Origin: Candidatus Latescibacterota bacterium
GTDB taxonomy: Bacteria > Latescibacterota > UBA2968 > UBA8231
DNA: 64,000 bases
Direction of reading: 5' to 3'
NCBI GenBank assembly: GCA_965243025.1
Contig: CBDETY010000003.1
Coordinates: 5,152,001-5,216,000 of the forward strand
Shown: positions 48,082-58,258 of the stretch, piece after piece
Layout of the letters: the number at the start of each line of letters is the position of its first letter
Position numbering within the stretch: position 1 is the stretch's first letter
Position numbers and translations under genes: made by a program
The notes under the pieces: model-generated
What the model was told of the DNA's origin: nothing
The model's database searches: none
Seen by the model: the letters and a program-made list of their open reading frames with translations, nothing else

Positions 48082-49718
48082 CCGGGGGGGAGGCGGTCGC
48101 CGCCGCCCTCGCGGCGCACGGCGTCGACACCGTCTTCGGCATCCCCGGGGCCCACAACCTCTCCCTCTACGACGCCCTGATCGAGGCGCCCGTACGCCAC
48201 GTCCTGGCGCGCCACGAGCAGGGGGCGGCCTTCATGGCCGACGGCTACGCGCGCGCTTGCGGCCGCCCCGGGGTCTGCGTCGTCACCTCGGGGCCGGCCG
48301 CCCTCAACACCATCACCCCGCTCGGCACCGCTTGGAGCGATTCCTCGCCGGTGCTCTGCATCGCCAGCCAGATTCCGGCCGCCGGCATCGGCAGGGAGAA
48401 GGGCTACCTGCACGAGTGCAGCGACCAGCTCGCCTGCTTCCGCCCGGTCACCGGCTGGTGCGGGCGCGCCGATTCGGTCGCCGCCATACCCGGGCTGCTG
48501 CGCGAGGCCTTCGCCAGCATGAGCGGCGGCCGCCCGCGCCCGGCGGCCCTCGAGATCCCCTGCGACATCCTCGACGCCTCCGGTGAGGCGGAAATCGGCG
48601 GGCATTTCCGGGTCGAGCGGCCGCAGCCAGGGGCAGCGGAAATCGGGGCGGCCGCGGCGGCCCTGCGAGCGGCCAGGTCTCCGGTCATCTGGGCAGGAGG
48701 CGGGGTGATCGCCAGCGGCGCGGACGCCGAGCTGCGGGAGCTGGCCGAAACCCTGCAGGCCCCGGTGTTCACGACGGTGCTGGGCAAGGGAGCGCTCCCG
48801 GAGGACCACCCGCTGGCCGCCGGCACCGCCATCCTGCACCCGCTGGCGCAGGAGTTCCTGGCGCAGCGGGACGCCATGCTCGCCGTCGGTACCCGCTTCA
48901 CCGAGGAGGAAACCACCGGCTGGAAACTGCGCCTCCCCGAAACCCTGATCCAACTCGACGTCGACGCGGAGGAGATCGGCCGCAACTACCCGGCATCCGC
49001 GGCCGTGGCCGGGGACGCCCGCGAGTCGCTGCGCGCCCTGGCCGCCCGGCTCGACGGCCTCGAGCCTTGCTCCCGGACGGCCGAAGTCGCCGCCCTCAGG
49101 GAGGGGATCGTCGCCGACTGCCGCGAGCTGGCGCCGGAAGGGGTCGAGCTCGTCGACGCCCTGCAGGAGGGGCTGCCGCGCGGGGCCGTTCTGGTCAGCG
49201 ACCTCACGGTGGCGGCGTACTGGTGCCGGCGCCTGCTCGAGCTCTACGAACCGCGCTGCAACATCTATCCCTGGGGATTTTGCACTCTCGGCTTCGGCCT
49301 GCCCGCGGCCATCGGGGCGAAGCTGGCCTGCCCGGAACGGCCGGTCGTATGCCTCTCGGGGGACGCCGGGTTCCTGTTCAACTGCCAGGAGCTGGCGGTC
49401 GCCGCCGAAGCCGGACTTCCGGTGGTCGTACTGCTGTTCAACGACAGCGGTTACGGGGCCCTCAGGCCCCAGCAGGACCACCGCTTCGGACGCAGGCACG
49501 CCGTCGATGCCGGCAACCCGGATTTCGTCGCCCTCGCCAGGGCGTTCGGGGTCGAGGCCCGGCGCGTCGCCGAGGTCGGTAGCCTGGGGCCGGCCCTGGC
49601 CGAGGCCCTGGAGGCCGCGGCGCCGGCGCTGATCGAGGTGCCGGTGTCGCTGCCGCCGCAGATCATGGAGCCGGGGCCGAGGGCGCTGTTCGAAGCGGCC
49701 CGCAGGCGGGCCGGGTAA
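48078..49718 (+). CDS. Thiamine-pyrophosphate-binding protein (acetolactate synthase-like)
   Basis: FGIPG, RHEQGAAFMADGYAR, GDAGF...N..YG. Confidence 0.9.
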   Translation: MTGGEAVAAALAAHGVDTVFGIPGAHNLSLYDALIEAPVRHVLARHEQGAAFMADGYARACGRPGVCVVTSGPAALNTITPLGTAWSDSSPVLCIASQIPAAGIGREKGYLHECSDQLACFRPVTGWCGRADSVAAIPGLLREAFASMSGGRPRPAALEIPCDILDASGEAEIGGHFRVERPQPGAAEIGAAAAALRAARSPVIWAGGGVIASGADAELRELAETLQAPVFTTVLGKGALPEDHPLAAGTAILHPLAQEFLAQRDAMLAVGTRFTEEETTGWKLRLPETLIQLDVDAEEIGRNYPASAAVAGDARESLRALAARLDGLEPCSRTAEVAALREGIVADCRELAPEGVELVDALQEGLPRGAVLVSDLTVAAYWCRRLLELYEPRCNIYPWGFCTLGFGLPAAIGAKLACPERPVVCLSGDAGFLFNCQELAVAAEAGLPVVVLLFNDSGYGALRPQQDHRFGRRHAVDAGNPDFVALARAFGVEARRVAEVGSLGPALAEALEAAAPALIEVPVSLPPQIMEPGPRALFEAARRRAG

Positions 49719-50126
49719 TCGCCTGAATCCGGAGGGGTCTGCTCGAAATTCCGGCACCATGGCTATCTCCGGCAGGGCCTGGAGCCGGGGCCGAGGGCCC
49801 TCTTTGAGGCGGCCAGCGGACGCCCGGGTAGTTGTCTGGGAACCCGAACCGGTCTTGTGTTCTTTCGGGTGTTACTGGTTACCTGAGGACGCGGCGCTTC
49901 GCGGCATGCATTGCCGGGATATCCGAAAAGCGGAGAGCCTTGGCCTGAGGACCCCGCAGCCCGTCCCGGCCTGGAGTTTCCGGAAGCGCCGCTGTCTTCA
50001 GGGAGCCGTGGCCCCTGCATGGAATCCCGGCTCTCCAATAGCGGAGAAACCTCGTCCGGGGGACGCATGCGTCCCGGTTTTCCCGGGGAGCCGGGCTTGC
50101 TGCCCCGGGGCGATTCTCCAACCCCG

Positions 50127-50154
50127 GAAAGCTCCGCTTGCCGAGGGAGCTTTC
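50127..50154. terminator. Hairpin between convergent genes, possible terminator
   Basis: gaaagctcc-N10-ggagctttc; no clear U-tract. Confidence 0.3.
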
Positions 50155-50192
50155 GGCGGCCTTGGCGGCGGCGGTTACAAGGCGGCGGACCG

Positions 50193-50531
50193 CTACCAGT
50201 TAACGAGTCCGGCTTTCTGCTGCTCCCACCCCGAGTCTGAAGGGAACACCGTGTTCATCGACACCGACTCGAGGTCGCGGGCGAACATCGGCTTGACGAT
50301 GCCGATCCACTCCTTGAAGTGGGGCGCTTCGAGGTGGGCCTGGAACGCCTCTTCGTCGCGGTAGACTTCGTAGAGGTAGAAGCGGCCGGGGATCTCCCGG
50401 TCCCGGTTGATGTCGAAACGGAAGCAGCCGGGCTCGTCCCGGACCGAGCCCCGGGCGTCTCCGAAGCTGGCCTGCGTGAACTCCTCGACGTGCTCCGGCT
50501 TGACGTCGATGGTAACGAAAATCGAATACAT
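50193..50531 (-). CDS. Antibiotic-biosynthesis monooxygenase (LsrG-like)
   Basis: VKPE...F, EPGCFRFD, FYLYEVY, AHLEAPHF..W. Confidence 0.82.
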   Translation of the reverse strand: MYSIFVTIDVKPEHVEEFTQASFGDARGSVRDEPGCFRFDINRDREIPGRFYLYEVYRDEEAFQAHLEAPHFKEWIGIVKPMFARDLESVSMNTVFPSDSGWEQQKAGLVNW

Positions 50532-50650
50532 TCCGGTCTCCTCCCTCATGGTTGGTTGCTGCGGATGAACGGCTCACCCGGCGGTCGCGAAATACTCCCG
50601 CAAGATCCCCCTGCCCGCAACGTCCCCGGCGCAACCTGCAGGGCCCCGGG

Positions 50651-53149
50651 ATGAGGACCTTCGGACCGGCCCTCCTCGCCGTCCTGTTGTCGGCGGCGGG
50701 CGCCCACCCGCAGCCCTGGCTGGTGCGCGGCACCGTTTCGGACGCGGCCACCGGCCAGCCCCTTCCCGCCGCTACCGTGCAACTCGCGGGCACCTGGCGC
50801 GGCACCATAGCCAACGACGAGGGGGAGTTCCTGCTCGAAGTGCGGGGGCTGCCGGCTGTTCTGAAGGTGAGCTACATCGGCTACGCCTCCCGGGACAGCG
50901 TTCTCACCGCGGCCCCGGGGCGGGTCGACTTCGCGCTGGCCCCGGTCCCCTTCCGCTTCGAGCCGGTGGTGGTGACCGCGGAGGATCCGGCCGAGGCGAT
51001 CATGCGCGAGGTAATCCGCCGCAAGCAGGAGTGGCGGCCCGGCCTGGCCGGCTACCGCGCCGAGGCGTATACCCGGCGGGTCCTGGAGAACGAGAAGGAG
51101 ATCGTCCTGATCGGCGAGCAGGCCTCGGAGATCTACTGGGACCGGGAACGGGGCCTGCGCGAGGTGGTCAAGTCGAGGCGCCTGACCCGCAACCAGGGCC
51201 CGGATGCCGGGTACGTCTCGGCCCTGCAGGGGTTCGTCGACTTCTACGACGACGACATCCCCTTCATCGGCCACACCCTGATCGGTCCCACCCACCCCGA
51301 CGCCCTCGAGCACTACCGCTTCCGCCTCGCCGGCAGGCGCTACCTCGACGACCGGGTGGTGTTCGACATCTCGGTCGAGCCGAGGAACAGGCTGCAGTCC
51401 GCCCTGGCCGGCCGCGTCTCCGTGCTGGACGGGGAATTCGCCCTCCTCGAGGCCGAACTGGCGCCGAGCCGGGCATCCGTGACCTCGGTGGTTCCCCTGC
51501 CCGTGATCGAGGGGATGGATGTCGTCTGGCGCCAGCAGTTCCGCGGCTTTGCCGAAGGGGTGTGGCTGCCGGTCGACTACCGGGCCTCGATGAAGGTGAA
51601 GGTCGGCATGGCGGGGCTGCGCTTTCCCGCGGCGAGGTTCAACCAGGTGACGCGGCTGGGGGAGTACGAGGTCAACGTCGACATGCCGGATTCGCTGTAT
51701 GCCGGCGAGGAGGTGCTGCGGGTCGATTCCCTGGCGGTTGCACGGGACAGCTCCTTTGCGCGGCTGGCGGACAAGGTGCCCCTGTCGGAGCGGGAAAAGG
51801 CGGCATATGCCAGCATCGACAGCACCCTGGTTTTCGAGCGGGCCTTCCGGCCCACCGGGTTCCTCGCCCGCTTCCTGCTGCCGGAGCCCGGAGAGGAGAG
51901 CGAGCCCCCGGAAAAGCCGCAGGCCCGGGGAGAGCCGGAGAAACGGGAGGGGCGGTTCCCCGTCCCGGGGCTGGCCGGCCTGAAACCGGAGCTGCGCTAC
52001 GACCGGGTGGCGGGGGCGCACCTCGGGCTGAAGGGGGAGCGGACACTGCGGGAAGGTGCGGGTCCGGGCGGCCTGGAGGATGGGGCACCTCCAGGGCCGG
52101 CGGAGGGCCGGGGCCCCGGGGGCGGGCTGTACCTGGCCGCGGACGCCGGCTACGACCTGCTTCTCGAGCGGCTCTCCTTTGCCGGCGGCATCGAATGGGC
52201 CCGGGGAGCGGGCCGCGCCGCCGTCGAGTACGGGAGAGGCCCGGTCCCCCGCATCCCCTCGGACAGCTATTCCCCGCTGCTCAACAGCGCCCAGAGCCTG
52301 CTCGGCCTCGACGACTACTTCGACTATTACTGGAGGGAAGGCCTGCGCTGGCGGATCGGACTGTCGATGCCCCGCCGCATCGGCTTGGAGCTCGGCTTCA
52401 ACGACGAGGCGCACTCCTCCCTGGAGGGGACGGACGCCTTCAACCTGCTGGACCGGGACTGGAGCCGCCCCAACCCCGCCGTGGAGGAAGGGCGGCTGCG
52501 CTCGCTCGAGGCGGGCTTCACCTGGGGCGGGCCGTACCGGCCGTTCGGCATGACCGCCAACCGCCGGGTCGAAGCGAGGGTGGAGCACGGTTCCGGGGGG
52601 CTGGGGGGAGACTTCTCCTTCACCCGGCTGCGCCTCGCCCTCGACGGGCATTTCAAGACTTTCCTGAAGCGCCGCCCGAGCCCCAACGCCCTCGACCTGC
52701 GCCTGGTGGCGGGGTACTCCCTCGGGGAGCTGCCGCCGCAGCGGTTCGGGGCCCTGGAGGCCGGCATGGCCTTCTTCTCCCCTTTCGGCACCTTCCGCAC
52801 GGTGCGCGGCCACCCTTTCGAGGGAGAGCGGTACGCGGCCCTGTACTGGGAGCACAACTTCAAGAGCACCCCCTTCGAGCTGCTCGGATTGTGGCACTGG
52901 GCAATGCGCGGAACAGGGCTGGTGGTGCACGGGGCTTCCGGAAGGACGTGGATCGACCCGGAGCGGCTGGCCGTGCTCGGGTACGTTCCCCGCTACCGGG
53001 ACGGCTTCCGCCACGAGGCGGGGGTTTCGCTGATACTTTACAATTTGCTGCGCCTCGACCTCACCGGGCGGCTGGACCGGCCCGGCTGGAGCGCCGGGGC
53101 GAGCGTCGCCCGTTTCGATTTCGGGCCGGTCAGGGCGGAGCGGCGGTAA
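50651..53149 (+). CDS. Outer-membrane protein with carboxypeptidase-regulatory-like N-domain (DUF5686-like)
   Basis: Signal peptide; G.V.D..TG.PLP.ATV...GT.AN.EG.F...SYIGY; beta-strand-rich C-terminal half. Confidence 0.7.
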   Translation: MRTFGPALLAVLLSAAGAHPQPWLVRGTVSDAATGQPLPAATVQLAGTWRGTIANDEGEFLLEVRGLPAVLKVSYIGYASRDSVLTAAPGRVDFALAPVPFRFEPVVVTAEDPAEAIMREVIRRKQEWRPGLAGYRAEAYTRRVLENEKEIVLIGEQASEIYWDRERGLREVVKSRRLTRNQGPDAGYVSALQGFVDFYDDDIPFIGHTLIGPTHPDALEHYRFRLAGRRYLDDRVVFDISVEPRNRLQSALAGRVSVLDGEFALLEAELAPSRASVTSVVPLPVIEGMDVVWRQQFRGFAEGVWLPVDYRASMKVKVGMAGLRFPAARFNQVTRLGEYEVNVDMPDSLYAGEEVLRVDSLAVARDSSFARLADKVPLSEREKAAYASIDSTLVFERAFRPTGFLARFLLPEPGEESEPPEKPQARGEPEKREGRFPVPGLAGLKPELRYDRVAGAHLGLKGERTLREGAGPGGLEDGAPPGPAEGRGPGGGLYLAADAGYDLLLERLSFAGGIEWARGAGRAAVEYGRGPVPRIPSDSYSPLLNSAQSLLGLDDYFDYYWREGLRWRIGLSMPRRIGLELGFNDEAHSSLEGTDAFNLLDRDWSRPNPAVEEGRLRSLEAGFTWGGPYRPFGMTANRRVEARVEHGSGGLGGDFSFTRLRLALDGHFKTFLKRRPSPNALDLRLVAGYSLGELPPQRFGALEAGMAFFSPFGTFRTVRGHPFEGERYAALYWEHNFKSTPFELLGLWHWAMRGTGLVVHGASGRTWIDPERLAVLGYVPRYRDGFRHEAGVSLILYNLLRLDLTGRLDRPGWSAGASVARFDFGPVRAERR

Positions 53150-53287
53150 TGCCCGGGGGCCGGCCTCAGCGGCAGCGCGAACCGCCCCGCGATTTTCCGT
53201 CGCGGGGTGCAGCCGCGGCCGAATCGACCCGGAGCTGCGGGCGCGGTAAACAGGTCCATCTTTCGCAAAGAGATTGGAGAATCTGAA

Positions 53288-54613
53288 ATGGCAAAGGTCG
53301 TCTTCATCGGGGCCGGAAGCTTCGGCTTCACCCGCAACCTCGTGCGCGATCTGCTCACCTTCGAGCGCCTCGAAAACTCCGAGATCGCCCTGGTCGACAT
53401 CGCCAGACAGCGGCTCGACTTCGCCCGCCGCGCCTGCGAGAAGCTGGTCGCCCAGGGCGGGTACGGGGCCAGGGTGACCACCACGACGGACCGCCGCCAG
53501 GCCCTGGCCGGGGCGGACGCCGTCTGCGTCACCATCCTGCGCGGGGCCACCAGGGTCTGGCAGCACGACATCCTGATTCCCAAGAAGTACGGGATCGACA
53601 CCAACATCGGGGACACGCGCGGCCCCAGCGGCATCTTCCGCGCCCTGCGCACGATCCCGGAGATGGTGGCGATAGCCCGCGACATGGAGGAGCTCTGCCC
53701 GCGGGCGATCATGCTCAACTACACCAACCCGATGGCGATGCTGTGCCACGCCATGAAGCGCGAAACCTCGATCGAGCTGACCGGCCTGTGCCACTCGGTG
53801 CAGGGCACCGCGGCCATGCTCGAGCGCTGGCTCGGCCTGGCGCCGGGAGAGATGGACTACCAGTGCGCCGGGATCAACCACATGGCCTGGTACCTGAAGC
53901 TGCAGCACCGGGGCCGCGACATGTATCCGAAGCTGAGGGAGGCGGTGACGGCGGACAAAGCGGTGTACAACCAGGAGCAGGTCCGCAACGAGATGTTCCT
54001 GGCGCTCGGCCGCTACGTCACCGAGTCGAGCGGCCACAACTCGGAATACAACTGGTGGTTCCGCAAGCGGCCCGACCTGATCGAGCGCTACTGCACCGAC
54101 GGCACCGGCTGGAATCCCGGGCACTACGCCTACGTCCTCGATCATTACCGCGAAAGGGAGAAGACGTGGAAGCAGTCGGTCCGCGAGTGGCTCGCCCAGG
54201 ACGAAATACCGCTCGAACGCGGCCGCGAGTACGCGGCCTCGATAATCAACGCGCGCATGGGCGGGGAGATCTACGAGTTCAACGGCAACGTCCCCAACGA
54301 CGGGCTCGTCGACAACCTGCCGCAGGGCGCCTGCGTCGAGGTGCCGGTGGTCGCCAGCCGCAAGGGGTTCGAGCCGATCCGCGTCGGCAGCCTGCCGCCG
54401 CAGTGCGCCATGCTCACCGGCCTCAGCGCCCAGATCGAGATGATGGCGGTCGAGGGCTGCCTCGCGGGAGACGCCGGGCTCGTGTACCAGGCGGTCGCCC
54501 ACGACCCGCTGACCGCGGCCAAGCTGTCGCTGGCCGAGACGCGGGACATGGTGAAGGAGATGTTCCGCCGGAACCGGCGGTGGCTGCCCCAGTTCGACAA
54601 GGTCGACCTGTAG
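53288..54613 (+). CDS. melA: GH4 NAD-dependent alpha-galactosidase
   Basis: [48 protein letters not shown]. Confidence 0.88.
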   Translation: MAKVVFIGAGSFGFTRNLVRDLLTFERLENSEIALVDIARQRLDFARRACEKLVAQGGYGARVTTTTDRRQALAGADAVCVTILRGATRVWQHDILIPKKYGIDTNIGDTRGPSGIFRALRTIPEMVAIARDMEELCPRAIMLNYTNPMAMLCHAMKRETSIELTGLCHSVQGTAAMLERWLGLAPGEMDYQCAGINHMAWYLKLQHRGRDMYPKLREAVTADKAVYNQEQVRNEMFLALGRYVTESSGHNSEYNWWFRKRPDLIERYCTDGTGWNPGHYAYVLDHYREREKTWKQSVREWLAQDEIPLERGREYAASIINARMGGEIYEFNGNVPNDGLVDNLPQGACVEVPVVASRKGFEPIRVGSLPPQCAMLTGLSAQIEMMAVEGCLAGDAGLVYQAVAHDPLTAAKLSLAETRDMVKEMFRRNRRWLPQFDKVDL

Positions 54614-54662
54614 GCTGGCTGTTCGTGGATACCACCGACACCCCCCCTCTGGTCGCCCGCAG

Positions 54663-56552
54663 ATGATCCGGACCGTCGACGGGGACCTGGTTTCGGTCGC
54701 GGCGTCCCGCAGGGAGCCGCCTCCGGAGTGGGCGGTCCTGCAGCGACAGCTGATCGACGCCGTCAACGAGGCCGCCCCGCTGCATATCGGGAAGTACACC
54801 GAGCCCGGCGGCGTCCCCTACTACGCCGACGACGTCGACGACCTCTACGAGATGTTCTACAACTGGGGGCTCTTCTACGCTCTCGGCGGCGGCGAGCAGC
54901 TGCTGACCTGGGCCCTGCAGGAGTACAACGCCATCACGCGGTTCTGCGACGACGGCATCGTCAGCCGCCGGCATCCGCGGTTCGGACAGCAGCTCCACAA
55001 CGAGTACTACAACGACACCGAGTGGCACCACCAGAGCGAGGGGAACATGCTGTTCTACGACCTCGGCGTCGCTTCCCCCGCGATCTCGGAGAACGTCCGC
55101 CGCGCCCGCCGCTTCGCCGCGATGTTCACCGGGGAAGACCCGCAGGCCCCCAACTACGACCGCAGGCACCGCGTCCTGCGCTCGCCGGTGACGACCAGCC
55201 GCGGCCCCCGCCTGCAGGCCGACCGTCACCTTGCGAAGATGCTGCTGACCGGAAGGGACTGGGAGAAGGAGCGGTTCTACGGGGTGCGGGCGAGCCTCCA
55301 CCCTCACGTGGAGGAGCTCGACCTGGACTGGGACCGCGATCCGCAGCGCCGCCCCGGAATCGTCCGCCTCGCCGGCGAGGTCGTGCTCGCGAGCGACGTC
55401 CCCCAGAACATGGCGGCCACCGCCCTGGTGACCAACGCCTACCTCTACACGGGAGAGGAGAAGTACCGGCAGTGGGTGCTCGACTACGTCGAGGCCTGGA
55501 TGGAACGGGTGCGGAAGAACGGCGGCATCATGCCGGACAACGTCGGCCCCACCGGGGTGATCGGCGAGAACCGCGGCGGCCAGTGGTGGGGAGGGTACTA
55601 CGGCTGGAACAGCCGCTTCTCCCCCCGAATCATGCTCAACGGGGCCATCGTCGGCGCCGAGTGCGCCCTGCTGCTGAGCGGCGACTGCGGCTTTCTCGAG
55701 GTCCTGCGCTCGCAGCTGCGGCTGCTGTTCGACAACGCCGTCAGCGACGCCGGCGGCCAGCTCCTGCTCCCCCACCGCTACGGCCCCGAAGGCTGGCATC
55801 ACTTTCAGCGTTTCCGCATCGTCGACGCCGCCCACCTCTGGCACGCGTCGATGGAGCGGCGCGACTACGAGCTGATCGAGCGGCTGCGCGCCGGAGACCG
55901 GCAGGGGGACTGGAACCGGCTCGACTCGTTCGGGGAGAAGAACAACCGCGAGGGGGACTCCGAGTACTCGCGCTTCCAGTACTACGACGGCCGCAACCCC
56001 GGGTGGCCGGTACAGGTGATGCGGGGAGAGCTCCGCTACGTGCGGGAAACCGCGGCGGCGATCCGGGCGGACAGCCGCGACGTCGAGACCATCGTCGAAG
56101 AGAACCTGAATCCGCCGAACCCCGTGGTCACAAAGGGACTGACGCAGATGACCACCGGGTCGCCGCACAGCATCTACAACGGCGGCCTGCTGCGGGCGAC
56201 GGTCCGCCACTTCGACGCCGACGCCCGGCGCCCCGGCCTGCCCGCAGACGTCGCCGCTTTCGTCGATCTGCTCGAGGCGGAGCGGGTGGGGATTCAGCTG
56301 GTCAACACGGGGGACGCGGAACGAAACCTCGTTCTGCAGGCCGGCGCTTTCGGTGAGCACAGGTTCACCGATCTGACCTGCGGAGATGCGGACGGGGGCC
56401 GGCGGCTGGCGGTGAACTCCAGGCACCTCGGGGTGCGGCTTCCCCCGGGGACCGGCATCCGCCTCGAGATAGGGCTGCGGCGCTTCGCCAACCGGCCGGG
56501 CTACGCCTTCCCGTGGCACGGCGGCAGGATCCCGGTGCCGTTTCAGTCTTGA
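54663..56552 (+). CDS. Conserved hypothetical protein (aromatic-rich, possibly helical-barrel enzyme)
   Basis: Long ORF with genome-typical codon usage; motifs DDLYE.FYNW, EWHHQSEG, PDNVGP.G.IGE, WWGG.YGW. Confidence 0.6.
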   Translation: MIRTVDGDLVSVAASRREPPPEWAVLQRQLIDAVNEAAPLHIGKYTEPGGVPYYADDVDDLYEMFYNWGLFYALGGGEQLLTWALQEYNAITRFCDDGIVSRRHPRFGQQLHNEYYNDTEWHHQSEGNMLFYDLGVASPAISENVRRARRFAAMFTGEDPQAPNYDRRHRVLRSPVTTSRGPRLQADRHLAKMLLTGRDWEKERFYGVRASLHPHVEELDLDWDRDPQRRPGIVRLAGEVVLASDVPQNMAATALVTNAYLYTGEEKYRQWVLDYVEAWMERVRKNGGIMPDNVGPTGVIGENRGGQWWGGYYGWNSRFSPRIMLNGAIVGAECALLLSGDCGFLEVLRSQLRLLFDNAVSDAGGQLLLPHRYGPEGWHHFQRFRIVDAAHLWHASMERRDYELIERLRAGDRQGDWNRLDSFGEKNNREGDSEYSRFQYYDGRNPGWPVQVMRGELRYVRETAAAIRADSRDVETIVEENLNPPNPVVTKGLTQMTTGSPHSIYNGGLLRATVRHFDADARRPGLPADVAAFVDLLEAERVGIQLVNTGDAERNLVLQAGAFGEHRFTDLTCGDADGGRRLAVNSRHLGVRLPPGTGIRLEIGLRRFANRPGYAFPWHGGRIPVPFQS

Positions 56553-56750
56553 GGGGTTTCTCCGGGGCAGGGAGGCGGTCCCGACAAGGGGGCACTCCGA
56601 GAGCAACTGTCGGGTCCGTCCACGGGTGCAGGCATTTTCTTGCCGCCTCCGGGACGGTGCGTTAGCATCCTGCGAACCGCGCGTGCCTGCACGCGTAAGC
56701 AAGCGTACCGAACGAGGGGAAGGACCAACTACGTCATTTCGCCGATTGCG

Positions 56751-56825
56751 CCCGGCTCGCAAGGCGTTTGAGCGAGTCGAACCCGGGGGTGTACGGCGAG
56801 CGATGGCAACGCCGTGAGCCGGGAT
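56751..56825. repeat. Full copy of the dispersed palindromic REP/MITE-like element
   Basis: cccggctcgcaaggcgtt...aacgccgtgagccggg arms; right half matches 1468-1502. Confidence 0.65.
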
Positions 56826-56888
56826 GGATCGGCGGCCGAATTCACGCGGGATTGCGCCCGCCGGCACTGAGAACAGACCACCGAATAC

Positions 56889-57245
56889 ATGATCGACGCC
56901 GCCCAGGTATCGCAGTGGCTCGGCCAGCTCAGGCGGGGGGCGCTCACCCCGGACGACCTCGAGCAGGCCCTCGACCGTCTGAAACAGGACCGCACCCCCG
57001 CAGTCCAGCGGCTGCTCTACCTCCAGACTCACACCACCGACCTCGAGTCGCCCGTCATCGGCATGGCCATCGTCGAGGACGCGGTGGTGTACGACGCCCC
57101 GGACGACCCTGACGACTGGCCCTACCAGACCGTCCTCGAGGCGATGAGCGACGGCTGGCGCATCATCAGGTTTCCCGAGATGGCCCTGGCTTACCTCGAT
57201 CCCGACTACGGGGGCATGAAATGGGAATTCATACTCGAGAAATGA
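56889..57245 (+). CDS. Small hypothetical protein coupled to a PhyH gene
   Basis: ATGA overlap with the next gene; WPYQTVLEAMSDGWRIIRFP...EFILEK. Confidence 0.65.
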   Translation: MIDAAQVSQWLGQLRRGALTPDDLEQALDRLKQDRTPAVQRLLYLQTHTTDLESPVIGMAIVEDAVVYDAPDDPDDWPYQTVLEAMSDGWRIIRFPEMALAYLDPDYGGMKWEFILEK

Positions 57246-58078
57246 ACGGCGCCGTCGTCGCCGGAAAGACCTGGGACTGCCCGCCCACCCTCGACGACCG
57301 GCAGGTGATGGACTTCTGCAGGAGGGGCTACGTGATGCTCGGGGGGGTGGTCCCGGACGAGGTCAACCGCCGCACCGTCGAGTTCCTCGACGAGCACGAC
57401 TCGCCCGAGCCGTCGGAGATCCTCGAGGAGGACTGGTTCGACGAAGGGGTGATCCGCAACCCGGAAGCGGCCGGGGCGGTGCGCTCCCTTCTCGGCAGGG
57501 ACTTCGTGCTGCCGGAGATGATGGCCAACCACCGGGTCGAGTGCCCGGCACCGGCTCTCAACTGGCACCAGGACGGCGGCTCGATGCTGACCCCGCGGGT
57601 CGACTACCTGCAGGTGTTCTACTACCCCGAGGAGGTGCCGCGGGAGATGGGGCCGACCGAGATACTGCCGGGCAGCCACCTCAAGCGCGGTTACGGCGGC
57701 ATCCTCAGCCGGCTCCGCAGCGTGCGCGACTCGTTTCTCACGGCGGCGCCTGCCGGCACCATATTCCTGACCTGCTACACTATCTGGCACCGCCGCAGCG
57801 CCAGCACCGGCAGCGGCATCCGCAACAACCTCAAGTACAACTACTGGCGCACCTCGGAACCCTGCCGCGACTGGAAAACCGACCCCGGCTTCAGCTTTTC
57901 CTGGCCGGCCAACGAGTTTCCCGGGTTCACCGTTCCCGCGGCGAAGATGCTCGTCTGGCTGTGCGGCGAGGAGTGGGAGCACATGGGCGGCCAGGCGTGG
58001 CCCTGTTTCTCGGAGAAGGTCCACCACCACGACCAGCAGGGGCTCCCCGCCGGTTTTCGCCGGGCTGGGCGGGGGTGA
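57242..58078 (+). CDS. PhyH-family Fe(II)/2OG dioxygenase
   Basis: WHQD, GPTEILPGSH, AGTIF...IWHRR. Confidence 0.85.
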   Translation: MNGAVVAGKTWDCPPTLDDRQVMDFCRRGYVMLGGVVPDEVNRRTVEFLDEHDSPEPSEILEEDWFDEGVIRNPEAAGAVRSLLGRDFVLPEMMANHRVECPAPALNWHQDGGSMLTPRVDYLQVFYYPEEVPREMGPTEILPGSHLKRGYGGILSRLRSVRDSFLTAAPAGTIFLTCYTIWHRRSASTGSGIRNNLKYNYWRTSEPCRDWKTDPGFSFSWPANEFPGFTVPAAKMLVWLCGEEWEHMGGQAWPCFSEKVHHHDQQGLPAGFRRAGRG

Positions 58079-58258
58079 GGGCCAGCTGTTTGCTTCCTGC
58101 GCTGGCGGTTGTCCTGGGGGGCTTTGTTCGGGTTGTCCCTGATGGACTGCCGAGTAGGTGTCCCCCTTTCGAGGTTGGCGAAGATCTTCCGAGGGTCACA
58201 AAACCCTTGCGAGGGTATCACGGGTCTTGGAACTTGCCACATAGCATGAACTGAATGA

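Noticed and set aside
50546-54799. Very long antisense ORFs (1417 aa here; also 8192-11614, 54423-57032, 20305-22518, 29612-31441)
   Set aside because: Shadow frames of high-GC genes on the opposite strand; they lack motifs and are Arg/Gly/Pro-rich
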